From: Burkholderiales bacterium
Lineage (GTDB): Bacteria > Pseudomonadota > Gammaproteobacteria > Burkholderiales > Burkholderiaceae_E
Length of the DNA stretch: 40,222 nucleotides
Direction of reading: 5' to 3'
NCBI GenBank assembly: GCA_046304115.1
Contig: JBKCEY010000429.1
Location: 1-40,222 of the forward strand
In this document: positions 30,815 to 39,406 of the stretch, one piece after another
How the letters are laid out: the number at the start of each line of letters is the position of its first letter
Position numbering within the stretch: the first letter of the stretch is position 1
Position numbers and translations under genes: made by a program
The notes under the pieces: model-generated
Told to the model about the DNA's origin: nothing
The model's database searches: none
What the model saw: only the letters and a program-made list of their open reading frames with translations

Positions 30815-32488
30815 ATGAGCATGACCCCCCGATTCACGGTGCAGCCGATGCCGGTTGCAACGCCCTGCAGCGACCCTCGCATTCCGCCGCGTGAGCAGGT
30901 GGTCGCGCGCGATCTGCTCGATCGCTGGCTGCAGGAGCAGCCCGAGAAGATCTTCATCACCTATGCCGATACCGGCGAATCCTGGACCTACCGTGATCTG
31001 CACGCACGGGTACTGCAATGCGCAGTCGGCCTGCAGCAGCTCGGCGTGCAGCAGGGCCAGACCGTGCTGGTGTGGCTGCCCAACAGCCGCGAGCATGTGG
31101 TGGTGTTCCTGGCCATCAACTACCTCGGCGCCATCTTTGTGCCGATCAATACCGCCTACAAGGGCAAGCTGCTGGCGCATGTGGTCGAGAACTCCGATGC
31201 CCGGCTTGCGGTCGTGCATGCCGATCTCGCAGCCCGACTGGCAGAGGTCGATACAGCGCGTCTGGAGCAGGTGGTGGTCGTGGGGGCTGCTGCGCCCGCA
31301 TCGATCGGCAGTCTGCGGGTGCTCGACCATCGCGAGGTGCTTCACCCCATGTCGGGCACGCTGGCCGCGCCCGGGCGGGCGATCGAGCCCTGGGATCCAC
31401 AGTCCATCATCTACACCTCGGGCACCACCGGGCCCTCCAAAGGCGTGTTGTCGTCCTACCTGCACATCTACACGATGGCGGGTCCCGAGACCTGGCCCTT
31501 TGTGACCTCCGACGATCGCTTCATGGTGAACATGCCGCTCTTTCATGTGGGCGGCATGGGCGTGCTCTACACCATGTTTGTGCGAGGCGGCTCGGTGAGC
31601 TTCATCGAGCGCTTCGATACCGCCAGCTTCCTCGATACGGTGCGACAGACCGGCACCACGGCGGTCTTTCTGCTGGGCGTGATGGCGGGCTTTCTGGAGA
31701 AGCTCCCGGCGCGGCCCGATGATGCCGATTCGCCGTTGCGGCTGGCCTTCATGGTGCCGCTGGCCGGCGACATTGCTGCGTTCTCCAAGCGCTTTGGCTG
31801 CACGATCTACACCATCTTCAACATGACCGAGGTGTCCACGCCCATTCTTTCGGAGCCCAATCCGCTGGTGCGGGGCACCTGCGGAAAAATGCGTGAGGGT
31901 GTCGAGGTGAGGCTGGTCGATGAGAACGACTGCGAGGTGCCGCTGGGTACTGTGGGCGAGATGATCATCCGCACCGATCGGCCATGGGCCATGAACAGTG
32001 GCTATTTCCGTAACCCCGAGGCCACGGCGCGGGCCTGGCGCAACGGCTGGTTTCATACCGGCGATGCCTTTCGCAAGGACGAGGCCGGCTTTTACTTCTT
32101 TGTCGATCGCATGAAGGATGCAATCCGTCGTCGTGGCGAGAACATCTCTTCCTTTGAGGTCGAGGCCGAGGTGATGAGCCATCCGGCGGTCCGTGAGGTG
32201 GCAGCCCTTGGTGTGCCCAACGAGGTCAGCGAGGAAGATGTTCTGGTGGTGATCGCCCCGGTGGAGGGCGCGACACTCGATCCGGCTGAGCTGCTTGAAT
32301 TCCTGCGCCCGCGCATGGCGCACTTCATGATGCCGCGCTATGTGCGGCTGTTGCCCGAACTGCCCAAGACACCCACCAGCAAGGTGCTCAAGCATGAGCT
32401 TCGCCAGCAGGGCGTCACGGCTGACACCTGGGATCGCGAGCGAGCGGGCGTGCAGGTCAAGGCCGATCGCTTTGGTGCGGCACGCTGA
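30815..32488 (+). CDS. AMP-dependent acyl-CoA synthetase/ligase
   Basis: An AGGAGA SD, and motifs IYTSGTTGPSKGV, GWFHTGD and PTSKVLK. Confidence 0.9.
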   Translation: MSMTPRFTVQPMPVATPCSDPRIPPREQVVARDLLDRWLQEQPEKIFITYADTGESWTYRDLHARVLQCAVGLQQLGVQQGQTVLVWLPNSREHVVVFLAINYLGAIFVPINTAYKGKLLAHVVENSDARLAVVHADLAARLAEVDTARLEQVVVVGAAAPASIGSLRVLDHREVLHPMSGTLAAPGRAIEPWDPQSIIYTSGTTGPSKGVLSSYLHIYTMAGPETWPFVTSDDRFMVNMPLFHVGGMGVLYTMFVRGGSVSFIERFDTASFLDTVRQTGTTAVFLLGVMAGFLEKLPARPDDADSPLRLAFMVPLAGDIAAFSKRFGCTIYTIFNMTEVSTPILSEPNPLVRGTCGKMREGVEVRLVDENDCEVPLGTVGEMIIRTDRPWAMNSGYFRNPEATARAWRNGWFHTGDAFRKDEAGFYFFVDRMKDAIRRRGENISSFEVEAEVMSHPAVREVAALGVPNEVSEEDVLVVIAPVEGATLDPAELLEFLRPRMAHFMMPRYVRLLPELPKTPTSKVLKHELRQQGVTADTWDRERAGVQVKADRFGAAR

Positions 32489-32562
32489 TTTCACGAACCG
32501 CTGCGCGCTGATTGAACCGACTGCTGCGCGGCCTCAAGACTGAACCCTCCAACGGAAATTCC

Positions 32563-34464
32563 ATGACCGACATCAACCGCCAGACCGCCCTGCAGCAGGC
32601 CTCGATTCCGACTTTGCTGATGTGCCTGGCCCAGATCACCCGCGACCCCAAGTGGCTGCAGGAACCCTTTCTGCCCAAGCGCGACATCTCCATCTTCGCC
32701 GAACCCTCGGGCGGCCTGTCACCCGAGGTGCAGCACACGGTGCGTGAGAGCCTCTCGGCGGTGCTTGATGAATTGCAGGCCGGCACGCGCGAGTTGCCCC
32801 CCCTGCCCACCGAGGCCGAGATGGTCGAGATGATGAGCGTGTGCCTGGGCGAGCGTGTGCCGCCGGAATACGCACCCATGGCGATGGAAGAGATGGGTTA
32901 CCAGGACCGGCGTCTGCAATGGCGCAAGCCGCCTGCACAGGATCGACTCCAGGCCTTTCGGGTGCTGGTGATCGGCGCCGGCTTCACGGGGCTGTGCGCG
33001 GCTTATCGGCTGCGCGAGATGGGTTTTGCCTTCGATGTGGTCGACAAGAACGCTGAAATCGGCGGCACCTGGTGGGAGAACACCTACCCGGAAGCAGGCG
33101 TCGATACGCCCAACCATTTCTATTCCTACTCGTTTGCTCCCAACACCACCTGGAGCAGCAACTACTCCAAGCGTGACGAGATGTTGGCCTATCAGCAGCG
33201 TGTGGCCAATCAGCTTGCCCTGCGCCCGTTCATCGAGCTCGGCACCGAGGTGCTGAGCATGCACTGGCACGAGGCGAAGTCGCTCTGGGCCGTGACGGTT
33301 CGAAAGGCCGATGGTCGCGAGCAGACACGCGAATACAGCGCGGTCATCACCTGCATGGGCTTTTTGAACAAGCCCAAGCTCAGTTCGATTCCAGGCATGG
33401 ACACTTTTGCGGGCCCGCACTGGCACTCGGCCCGCTGGCGTCATGAGGTCTCGCTTGAAGGCAAGCGGGTGGGCGTGATCGGCACAGGGGCCAGCGCCAT
33501 GCAGTTTCTGCGCACGGTGGCCGCGCAGGCCGCGCATGTGACCATCTTCCAGCGCTCACCCCAGTGGGCCCGCCCGCCTCAGGACTATCACGGCACGGTC
33601 AGTACGGAATCCAAATGGCTGCTCGAGCACATTCCCTACTACTACGCCTGGTATCGATTCGGCCTGATGTGGCGCTTTGGCGATGGCCTGCTGCCCACGG
33701 TGCGGCGTGACCCGGCCTGGCCCACGCCCGAGCGGTCGATGAACTACCGCAATGACCGGCAGCGCCAGCAGCTCACCGATCATCTGCTCAAGGAACTCGA
33801 TGGCCGTCCCGATCTGATCGAGAAGTGTCTGCCCGACTACCCGCCCTATGGCAAGCGCATCCTGATCGACAACGGCTGGTATCAGGCCCTTCGTCGCGAC
33901 AATGTCTCGTTGATCACCGAGGCGGTCGCGCGGGTCGAGCCCGATGCCCTGATCGATGCGAGCGGGGCGCGGCATGAGGTCGACGTGATCCTCGAGGCCA
34001 CGGGTTTTGAGCCAGGCAAGCTGCTCGCACCGATCGAGGTCCGCGGGAGCACGGGCGAGTTGCTGTCCGAGGTCATGGGCGAGGATGATCCGCGGGCGCA
34101 TCTGGGCATCACGGTACCCGGGTTCCCGAATCTGTTCATCACCACCGGCCCCAACACCGGCCTGGCGCATGGCGGCAGCGCGATCTTCGTGTCCGAGGTA
34201 CAGGTGCGTTATGTCACTGCGGTCCTGCGCGACATGCTGGAGCAGGGCCTCAATGCGATTGAAGTGCGCGAGCCTGTTTACGAGGACTACAACCAGCGGG
34301 TCGATGCCGAGCATGCCGAACTGGTCTGGGCGCACAGTGGCATGCGCAACTGGTATCGCAACGCCAAGGGCCGTGTCTTTGCGGTGATGCCCTGGCGACT
34401 TGTCGATTACTGGCAGATGACCCGCGAACCCCGGCTCGAGGAATTCAAGACCCGAACGGCCTGA
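32563..34464 (+). CDS. Type I Baeyer-Villiger (flavin-containing) monooxygenase, HAPMO-like with an N-terminal extension
   Basis: FAD fold VLVIGAGFTGL, BVMO fingerprint FAGPHWHSARW (FxGxxxHxxxW), and second Rossmann fold VGVIGTGASAMQ. The ~140-aa N-terminal extension resembles 4-hydroxyacetophenone monooxygenase. The track start at 32512 is a TTG. Confidence 0.87.
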   Translation: MTDINRQTALQQASIPTLLMCLAQITRDPKWLQEPFLPKRDISIFAEPSGGLSPEVQHTVRESLSAVLDELQAGTRELPPLPTEAEMVEMMSVCLGERVPPEYAPMAMEEMGYQDRRLQWRKPPAQDRLQAFRVLVIGAGFTGLCAAYRLREMGFAFDVVDKNAEIGGTWWENTYPEAGVDTPNHFYSYSFAPNTTWSSNYSKRDEMLAYQQRVANQLALRPFIELGTEVLSMHWHEAKSLWAVTVRKADGREQTREYSAVITCMGFLNKPKLSSIPGMDTFAGPHWHSARWRHEVSLEGKRVGVIGTGASAMQFLRTVAAQAAHVTIFQRSPQWARPPQDYHGTVSTESKWLLEHIPYYYAWYRFGLMWRFGDGLLPTVRRDPAWPTPERSMNYRNDRQRQQLTDHLLKELDGRPDLIEKCLPDYPPYGKRILIDNGWYQALRRDNVSLITEAVARVEPDALIDASGARHEVDVILEATGFEPGKLLAPIEVRGSTGELLSEVMGEDDPRAHLGITVPGFPNLFITTGPNTGLAHGGSAIFVSEVQVRYVTAVLRDMLEQGLNAIEVREPVYEDYNQRVDAEHAELVWAHSGMRNWYRNAKGRVFAVMPWRLVDYWQMTREPRLEEFKTRTA

Positions 34465-34502
34465 GGCGTCCGCGACGCGTGCAGGCGCGGCGCAGCGCTC
34501 GA

Positions 34503-34562
34503 TCAGGGCCGTCCGGTCAGGGCCAATCAGTCAGGGCCAATCAGTCAGGGCCGTTCGATCAG
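34503..34562. repeat. About 4 tandem copies of a 14-bp unit (TCAGGGCCNNTCNN), the last containing the CoA-transferase stop codon
   Basis: Units lie at 34503, 34517, 34531 and 34545, with a partial unit at 34559. Units 2 and 3 are identical. Confidence 0.85.
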
Positions 34563-35747
34563 AACGCCTTCCTGCCGCAGGCCGCTGATCTCGGTTTCGC
34601 TCAGACCGAGCGCGGCCAGCGCGGTGCCGCCATCCTCACCGATGCCGGCAAAGTGCGCCCGCGAGTCGTCTGCATCGGGCGCGGCCACCCCGGGAATGCG
34701 CGGCCACATGAAGCTGCCCACTCCAGGAAGGTCCACCCGGGGTGCGGCCTGCACCGCCTGCACATGCGGATCTGCCGACCACCGATCCAGTGAATTGACC
34801 GGATTGGCCAGCGCGCCGGCCTGAGTGATGCGTTGCACCCAGTCGGCGGTATCGCGCTGCAGCAGGCAAGCCGCCACCTCGGCTTGCAGTACCACCTGAT
34901 GATCGGCGCGGGTCTCAAAACTCGCATAACGGGGATCGGCACGCAGATCGGGGCGTTCGAGCGCTGTACAGACCGCCGTAAAGTGATCCTCATTGCTCAA
35001 TGCAATCGCAACCCAGCCATCGCGGCTGCGATAGATGCCTGCCGGTGCATTGATGGCTTTGGTCGGGCCGGTGGCCAGTGAGGCCTCTATCAGCTTCTGG
35101 CCCAGGAAGGCCGCGGCCGATTGCATCAGCGAGATGTCCAAACGCTGTCCCGGACCCCCTGCAAGACGGGCATACAGTGCAGCCGATACCGCCTGAAAGG
35201 CGTACAGGCCGGTGAGGGTGTCGACCACCAGAAAGCCGATCCGATTCGGCTGGCCCTGGGCATCAGGGTTCAGCGACATCATTCCCGAGAAGGCCTGGAT
35301 CACGGTATCGGTACCCGGGTCTTCACTGCGTGGCCCGCTCTGGCCGTAGCCGCTCACCGACGCGTAGATCAGGCCGGGCCGAACCGACGACAAGGCCTCG
35401 TAGCCCAGGCCAATGCGCGTGGCCACGCCCGGCCGGAAGCTCTCGAGCACCACATCACAGTGCCGCGCAATGCTTTGCAGGGCAGCGGGCGCGGTGGGCT
35501 TGCGCAGATCGAGCACCACACTGCGCTTGCCGCGGTTGCAGGCCAACGACAGACCGGTGTGCTCGCCGTAACGCTTGCCGATGCCCCGGCTCCAGTCGCC
35601 CTGAGCGGGCTCCACTTTCACCACCGTGGCGCCGTGCTGCGCGAGCAGCATCGCGCAGTAAGGGCCGGCCAGTCCCTGGCTGGCATCGAGCACGCGCAGG
35701 CCCTGGAAGGCCAGCACAGGCTGAGAAGGACTGGAATCGTTGATCAT
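34545..35747 (-). CDS. Family III CoA-transferase (CaiB/BaiF; formyl-CoA-transferase-like)
   Basis: N-terminal FQGLRVLDASQGLAGPYCAMLLAQHGATVVKVEP and the mid-protein motif SGYGQSGP. 400 aa. Confidence 0.9.
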   Translation of the reverse strand: MINDSSPSQPVLAFQGLRVLDASQGLAGPYCAMLLAQHGATVVKVEPAQGDWSRGIGKRYGEHTGLSLACNRGKRSVVLDLRKPTAPAALQSIARHCDVVLESFRPGVATRIGLGYEALSSVRPGLIYASVSGYGQSGPRSEDPGTDTVIQAFSGMMSLNPDAQGQPNRIGFLVVDTLTGLYAFQAVSAALYARLAGGPGQRLDISLMQSAAAFLGQKLIEASLATGPTKAINAPAGIYRSRDGWVAIALSNEDHFTAVCTALERPDLRADPRYASFETRADHQVVLQAEVAACLLQRDTADWVQRITQAGALANPVNSLDRWSADPHVQAVQAAPRVDLPGVGSFMWPRIPGVAAPDADDSRAHFAGIGEDGGTALAALGLSETEISGLRQEGVLIERP

Positions 35748-35890
35748 GATCGGGCCTTGGGGCTGTGTGAGAATGAAGCAGGACGGTTCAACACGACGAT
35801 GCGAGGCGGTTCGATGACGCGAAACGCCCGGAGCAGGCCGGCATCTTTGGAACAGACCGGCATCTTAAAAGACCGTTCAGGAGACCTCAC

Positions 35891-36667
35891 ATGAATACCC
35901 GCGCCGCACCCACCACCGAGATCTGCACGGCTGACGAGACCAGCATCACCATCCGGGGCAAGAGCCTGGTCGATGACCTGATGGGTCATTTCAGCTTTAC
36001 CGAGATGATGCTGTTCCAACTCACCGGGCAGCGGCCGACCCGCACCCAGACCGTGCTGCTCGATGCGGTGCTGGTCACGCTCATGGAGCATGGCTTCACA
36101 CCCAGCGCGATCGTCACCCGCCTGATCTACGACTCGGCGCCTGAAGCGCTTCAATCGGCAGTGGCTGCGGGTCTGCTCGGCGTAGGCAGCACCTTCATCG
36201 GCACCATGGAAGGTTGCGCCGTGCTCATCGACGAGATGCTGCAGGCTCCTGAAGGCCTGCAGGCCCGTGCGGCGCAGATCGCCACCCGCTTTCGCGAGCA
36301 GCGCAAGCCGCTGCATGGCTTCGGTCATCCCTACCACCGGCCCGACGATCCCCGCCCGGCCCGGCTGTTCGAGATTGCGGCCCGCGAGGGCGTGCCTGGA
36401 CGCCACATCGCAGCCCTGCAGGCCTTGTCGGTGGAGGTGGATCGGGTCTACGGCCGGCACATCACCATCAATGCCACGGGTGCGATCGCCGCGGTGCTTG
36501 GCGAGATCGGCATTCCTCAGCCGGTGATGCGCGGCATTGCCGTGGTCAGTCGTGCGGCCGGCCTGGTCGGGCACATCCTGGAAGAGCGCGAGCGGCCTGC
36601 AGCCCGATTCATCTGGGATGCGGTGGAAGACGGCATCCCGTACACCGGGGGCAAGCCCGGCCTCTGA
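35891..36667 (+). CDS. Short citrate-synthase-fold protein (citryl-CoA lyase-like)
   Basis: 258 aa with HGFGHPYHRPDDPRPARL, which resembles the citrate synthase GFGHxVYxxxDPR catalytic-His motif. The size matches stand-alone citryl-CoA lyases. Confidence 0.7.
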   Translation: MNTRAAPTTEICTADETSITIRGKSLVDDLMGHFSFTEMMLFQLTGQRPTRTQTVLLDAVLVTLMEHGFTPSAIVTRLIYDSAPEALQSAVAAGLLGVGSTFIGTMEGCAVLIDEMLQAPEGLQARAAQIATRFREQRKPLHGFGHPYHRPDDPRPARLFEIAAREGVPGRHIAALQALSVEVDRVYGRHITINATGAIAAVLGEIGIPQPVMRGIAVVSRAAGLVGHILEERERPAARFIWDAVEDGIPYTGGKPGL

Positions 36668-36686
36668 GCAGAAACAGCCGTTGTTC

Positions 36687-36730
36687 GCCCGACCTCGACA
36701 GGCCCGACCTCGACAGGCCCGGCATCGATG
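36687..36730. repeat. About 2.9 tandem copies of a 15-bp unit (GCCCGACCTCGACAG)
   Basis: Two perfect copies at 36687-36701 and 36702-36716, and a degenerate copy at 36717-36730. It lies in the convergent spacer between the lyase-like gene and tauD. Confidence 0.75.
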
Positions 36731-36735
36731 TTGTT

Positions 36736-37581
36736 TCAGACCGGCACGTCACCTTGCAACGTGATGCGCAACATCAGTCGGCGATGGCCGTGATAGTCGT
36801 TCACGGGGTTGTGCTGGGTGCAGCGGTTGTCCCACAGGGCGATTGAGCCCGGAGCCCAGTTGAAACGGCAGGTGAACTCGGGCCGGGTGAGGTGGGCATA
36901 GAGCATCGAGAGCAGCGGCGCCGACTCCTCCACCGACCAGCCGACGAAACGCTCGGTATGGGCCACATTCACATACAGCGACCTGCGACCGGTTTCGGGA
37001 TGGGTGCGCACCACAGGGTGTTCGGCGAGATACACCTTGCGGGCATCGTCACGTCCGTCGGAGCGAATGCGGTCTTCACGGGTCTTGGAGACATCGGCCT
37101 TGGCCGATGAGCTCACGGCATGCAGGCCGTCGAGCACGCTGCGCAAGCCAGGCGACAAGGCCTCGTAGGCTGCCTGCATGTCGGCAAAGAGCGTGTCGCC
37201 GCCATAGGGAGGCACTTCCCGGGCCAGCAGCATCGAGGCCATTGGCGGGCGTTCGAGGTAGGTGGTGTCGGAATGCCAGATACCGCCGAAATTGACCGTC
37301 TCGTGTTCGAGTTTCTTGACCTCGATGATCTGCGGAAAATCGGCGAGCCCCTTGACGAACGGATACTCCACCGGGGTGCCGATACTCTGGGCAAAGACCA
37401 TGTACTGGGCGGGATCGAGCCTCTGCTCACGAAAGAACAGCACTTTGTGTTCGAGCCAGAGCCGGCGCAGTCGGCTGCGCGCGTCATCGGCCATGGGCTG
37501 GCTCAGATCGATGCCCAGAACCTCGGCGCCCAGCGCACCGGCGATCCGTTTGATGGTCCAGCCGTCAGGAGCTGCAGTCAT
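36736..37581 (-). CDS. TauD/TfdA-family Fe(II)/2-oxoglutarate-dependent dioxygenase
   Basis: WHSDTTYLERPPMASML (HxD of the facial triad), GGDTLFADM and HPVVRTHPETG. 281 aa. The substrate cannot be assigned from sequence. Confidence 0.88.
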   Translation of the reverse strand: MTAAPDGWTIKRIAGALGAEVLGIDLSQPMADDARSRLRRLWLEHKVLFFREQRLDPAQYMVFAQSIGTPVEYPFVKGLADFPQIIEVKKLEHETVNFGGIWHSDTTYLERPPMASMLLAREVPPYGGDTLFADMQAAYEALSPGLRSVLDGLHAVSSSAKADVSKTREDRIRSDGRDDARKVYLAEHPVVRTHPETGRRSLYVNVAHTERFVGWSVEESAPLLSMLYAHLTRPEFTCRFNWAPGSIALWDNRCTQHNPVNDYHGHRRLMLRITLQGDVPV

Positions 37582-37587
37582 GCGTGT

Positions 37588-37656
37588 CTCAGGGGTTATG
37601 GTCGAAACGACTCAGGGGTTATGGTCGGAACGACTCAGGGGCGATTGTCGAAACGA
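37588..37656. repeat. Three tandem copies of a 23-bp unit (CTCAGGGGTTATGGTCGAAACGA)
   Basis: Copies at 37588, 37611 and 37634 with 0-4 mismatches. They fill most of the 106-bp divergent spacer between tauD (ATG 37581) and the MFS gene (ATG 37688). Confidence 0.9.
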
Positions 37657-37687
37657 GTATAGCCAGCCCCATGAGATCATCCGAGCC

Positions 37688-38920
37688 ATGAAACGAAAGG
37701 TGCACGAACTCACCCGGGCCCAGTCACTCACCATTCTGGGCGGCGCAGCCGTCATGCTGAGTCTGGCCATGGGCATGCGCCAGAGCATGGGCCTGCTGCA
37801 GCCCCACGTGGTGCGCGATCTGGCCATCACGGCAGCCGACTATTCGATGGCGATTGCCCTCCAGAACATCGTCTGGGGCGTCACCCAGCCCTTTACGGGT
37901 GCGCTGGTCGACCGCTTTGGTGCCAGGCCGGTCGCGCTCTTTGGCGTGCTGGTCTATCTGGCTGGCCTGATCATCACCGCACAGGCCACATCGGCCTGGA
38001 TGATCACCTTGGGCATTGGCGTGTGCGTGGGCCTGGCACTGTCATGCACGGCCTCCAACCTGGCCATGAACGTCACAGCCCGAGCCGTGACACCGGCGCG
38101 CCGCAGTGTGGCCATGGGGGCGGTCTCGGCGGCAGGGTCCCTGGGACTGGTACTGGCTTCTCCGCTGGCCCAGGCCATGATTCAGCGTGGCGGCTGGACG
38201 CTTGCGCTCACAGCCTTCTGCGCGCTCGCGGTGGTCATGATTCCCGCCGCATTCATGGCCGGTGGCGCCGACCAGGTCGAGGCCGAGCGCGATGACAATC
38301 GCCAGACCCTGAGCGATGCCCTGCGCGAGGCCTTTGGTCATTCCGGCTATGTCACGCTGGCGATGGCGTTCTTCGTGTGCGGTCTGCAGCTGGTGTTTCT
38401 CACCACTCACCTGCCCAGCTATCTGGATCTGTGCGGCATCGATCCTTCAGTCACGGCCAGTGCCCTGGCCCTGATCGGGCTGTTCAATGTCTTTGGCTCC
38501 TACCTGTGCGGCTGGCTCGGTGGGCGCTATCCCCGCCATCTGCTGCTGGGCGGGATCTACATCCTGCGCTCGGCCATCATCACGGTGTACTTCCTGGTGC
38601 CGCCCACGCCGCTCAGCACGCTGATCTTTGCCGCCGCCATGGGCACGTTGTGGCTTGGCGTCGTGCCGCTCGTCAATGGGCTGGTGGTGCAACTCTTCGG
38701 TCTGAAGTTCATGGCCACGCTGACCGGCGTGGCGTTTTTCAGCCACCAGCTGGGGTCTTTCCTGGGGGCCTGGGGCGGCGGGGTCATTTTTCAGGCGGTT
38801 GGTTCCTACGATCGGGCCTGGCAGGCCGCCGTGGTCATCGGCCTGGTTGCAGGGGCCTTTCAGCTGAGCATGAACACCCGGCCCTCTGCCCGGTGGCAGG
38901 CGGCACAGGCGGCCTCCTGA
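37688..38920 (+). CDS. MFS transporter
   Basis: 410 aa starting MKRKVHELTRAQSLTILGGAAVMLSLAMG, with about 12 hydrophobic segments. The track ORF from 37262 is an over-extension antisense to tauD. Confidence 0.85.
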   Translation: MKRKVHELTRAQSLTILGGAAVMLSLAMGMRQSMGLLQPHVVRDLAITAADYSMAIALQNIVWGVTQPFTGALVDRFGARPVALFGVLVYLAGLIITAQATSAWMITLGIGVCVGLALSCTASNLAMNVTARAVTPARRSVAMGAVSAAGSLGLVLASPLAQAMIQRGGWTLALTAFCALAVVMIPAAFMAGGADQVEAERDDNRQTLSDALREAFGHSGYVTLAMAFFVCGLQLVFLTTHLPSYLDLCGIDPSVTASALALIGLFNVFGSYLCGWLGGRYPRHLLLGGIYILRSAIITVYFLVPPTPLSTLIFAAAMGTLWLGVVPLVNGLVVQLFGLKFMATLTGVAFFSHQLGSFLGAWGGGVIFQAVGSYDRAWQAAVVIGLVAGAFQLSMNTRPSARWQAAQAAS

Positions 38921-39131
38921 GGCCAGCTCAGCCCCCAATCTGTCGTATCAAAGCGTCAGAGTGGGCCCTGTGTTGACACGGGTTGCAAGACCCCTGACCG
39001 AAGTGGGGTACACTGCGCGCGCTCGTACATCAAGTCATCGGTCACAGCGATAGGGTCAGACGGGCAGGCGCAAGCCCTGCTCACTGCATTCGGTTCCATA
39101 GTGTCTTTTCCTTGATTCAGGGCGTCACCCC

Positions 39132-39153
39132 GGGTGCCTGCACCCATTTTTTT
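39132..39153 (+). terminator. Rho-independent-terminator-like hairpin (GGGTG-CCTG-CACCC) followed by A-T7
   Basis: Read directly. It ends ~20 nt upstream of the cspA ATG and ~210 bp downstream of the MFS stop. Confidence 0.45.
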
Positions 39154-39173
39154 CATCAAGGAACAGCATCAAC

Positions 39174-39383
39174 ATGGCAACTCAGACCGGTATCGTGAAG
39201 TGGTTCAACGAATCCAAAGGCTTCGGCTTCATCAAACCCGACAATGGTGGTGAAGACCTCTTCGCGCATTTCAGCCAGATCGACGCCAAGGGTTTCCGTA
39301 CCCTGGCCGAGAATCAGCGCGTCGAGTTCGAAGTCACCCAAGGTCAGAAAGGCCCGCAGGCCAGCCGCATCAAGCCCATCTGA
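39174..39383 (+). CDS. cspA: Cold-shock protein, CspA family
   Basis: 69 aa with RNP1 KGFGFI and RNP2 LFAHF, and an AAGGAA SD. Confidence 0.95.
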   Translation: MATQTGIVKWFNESKGFGFIKPDNGGEDLFAHFSQIDAKGFRTLAENQRVEFEVTQGQKGPQASRIKPI

Positions 39384-39406
39384 TCGGTTCATGACCCGCT
39401 AGCATC

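Noticed and set aside
29570-32494. A 974-aa minus-strand ORF in the supplied track
   Set aside because: Only the last 366 codons (from the ATG at 30670, with a GGAGGAG SD) look like a real protein, a family III CoA-transferase. The upstream 600 codons run antisense to a well-supported acyl-CoA ligase and are low-complexity Arg/Gly/His-rich sequence typical of antisense frames in high-GC DNA.
38973-39014. Sigma-70-like hexamers TTGACA (38973), TTGCAA (38983) and TACACT (39009) as the cspA promoter
   Set aside because: The spacings (30 and 20 nt) do not fit a standard -35/-10 pair, so I could not define a promoter confidently from sequence alone.
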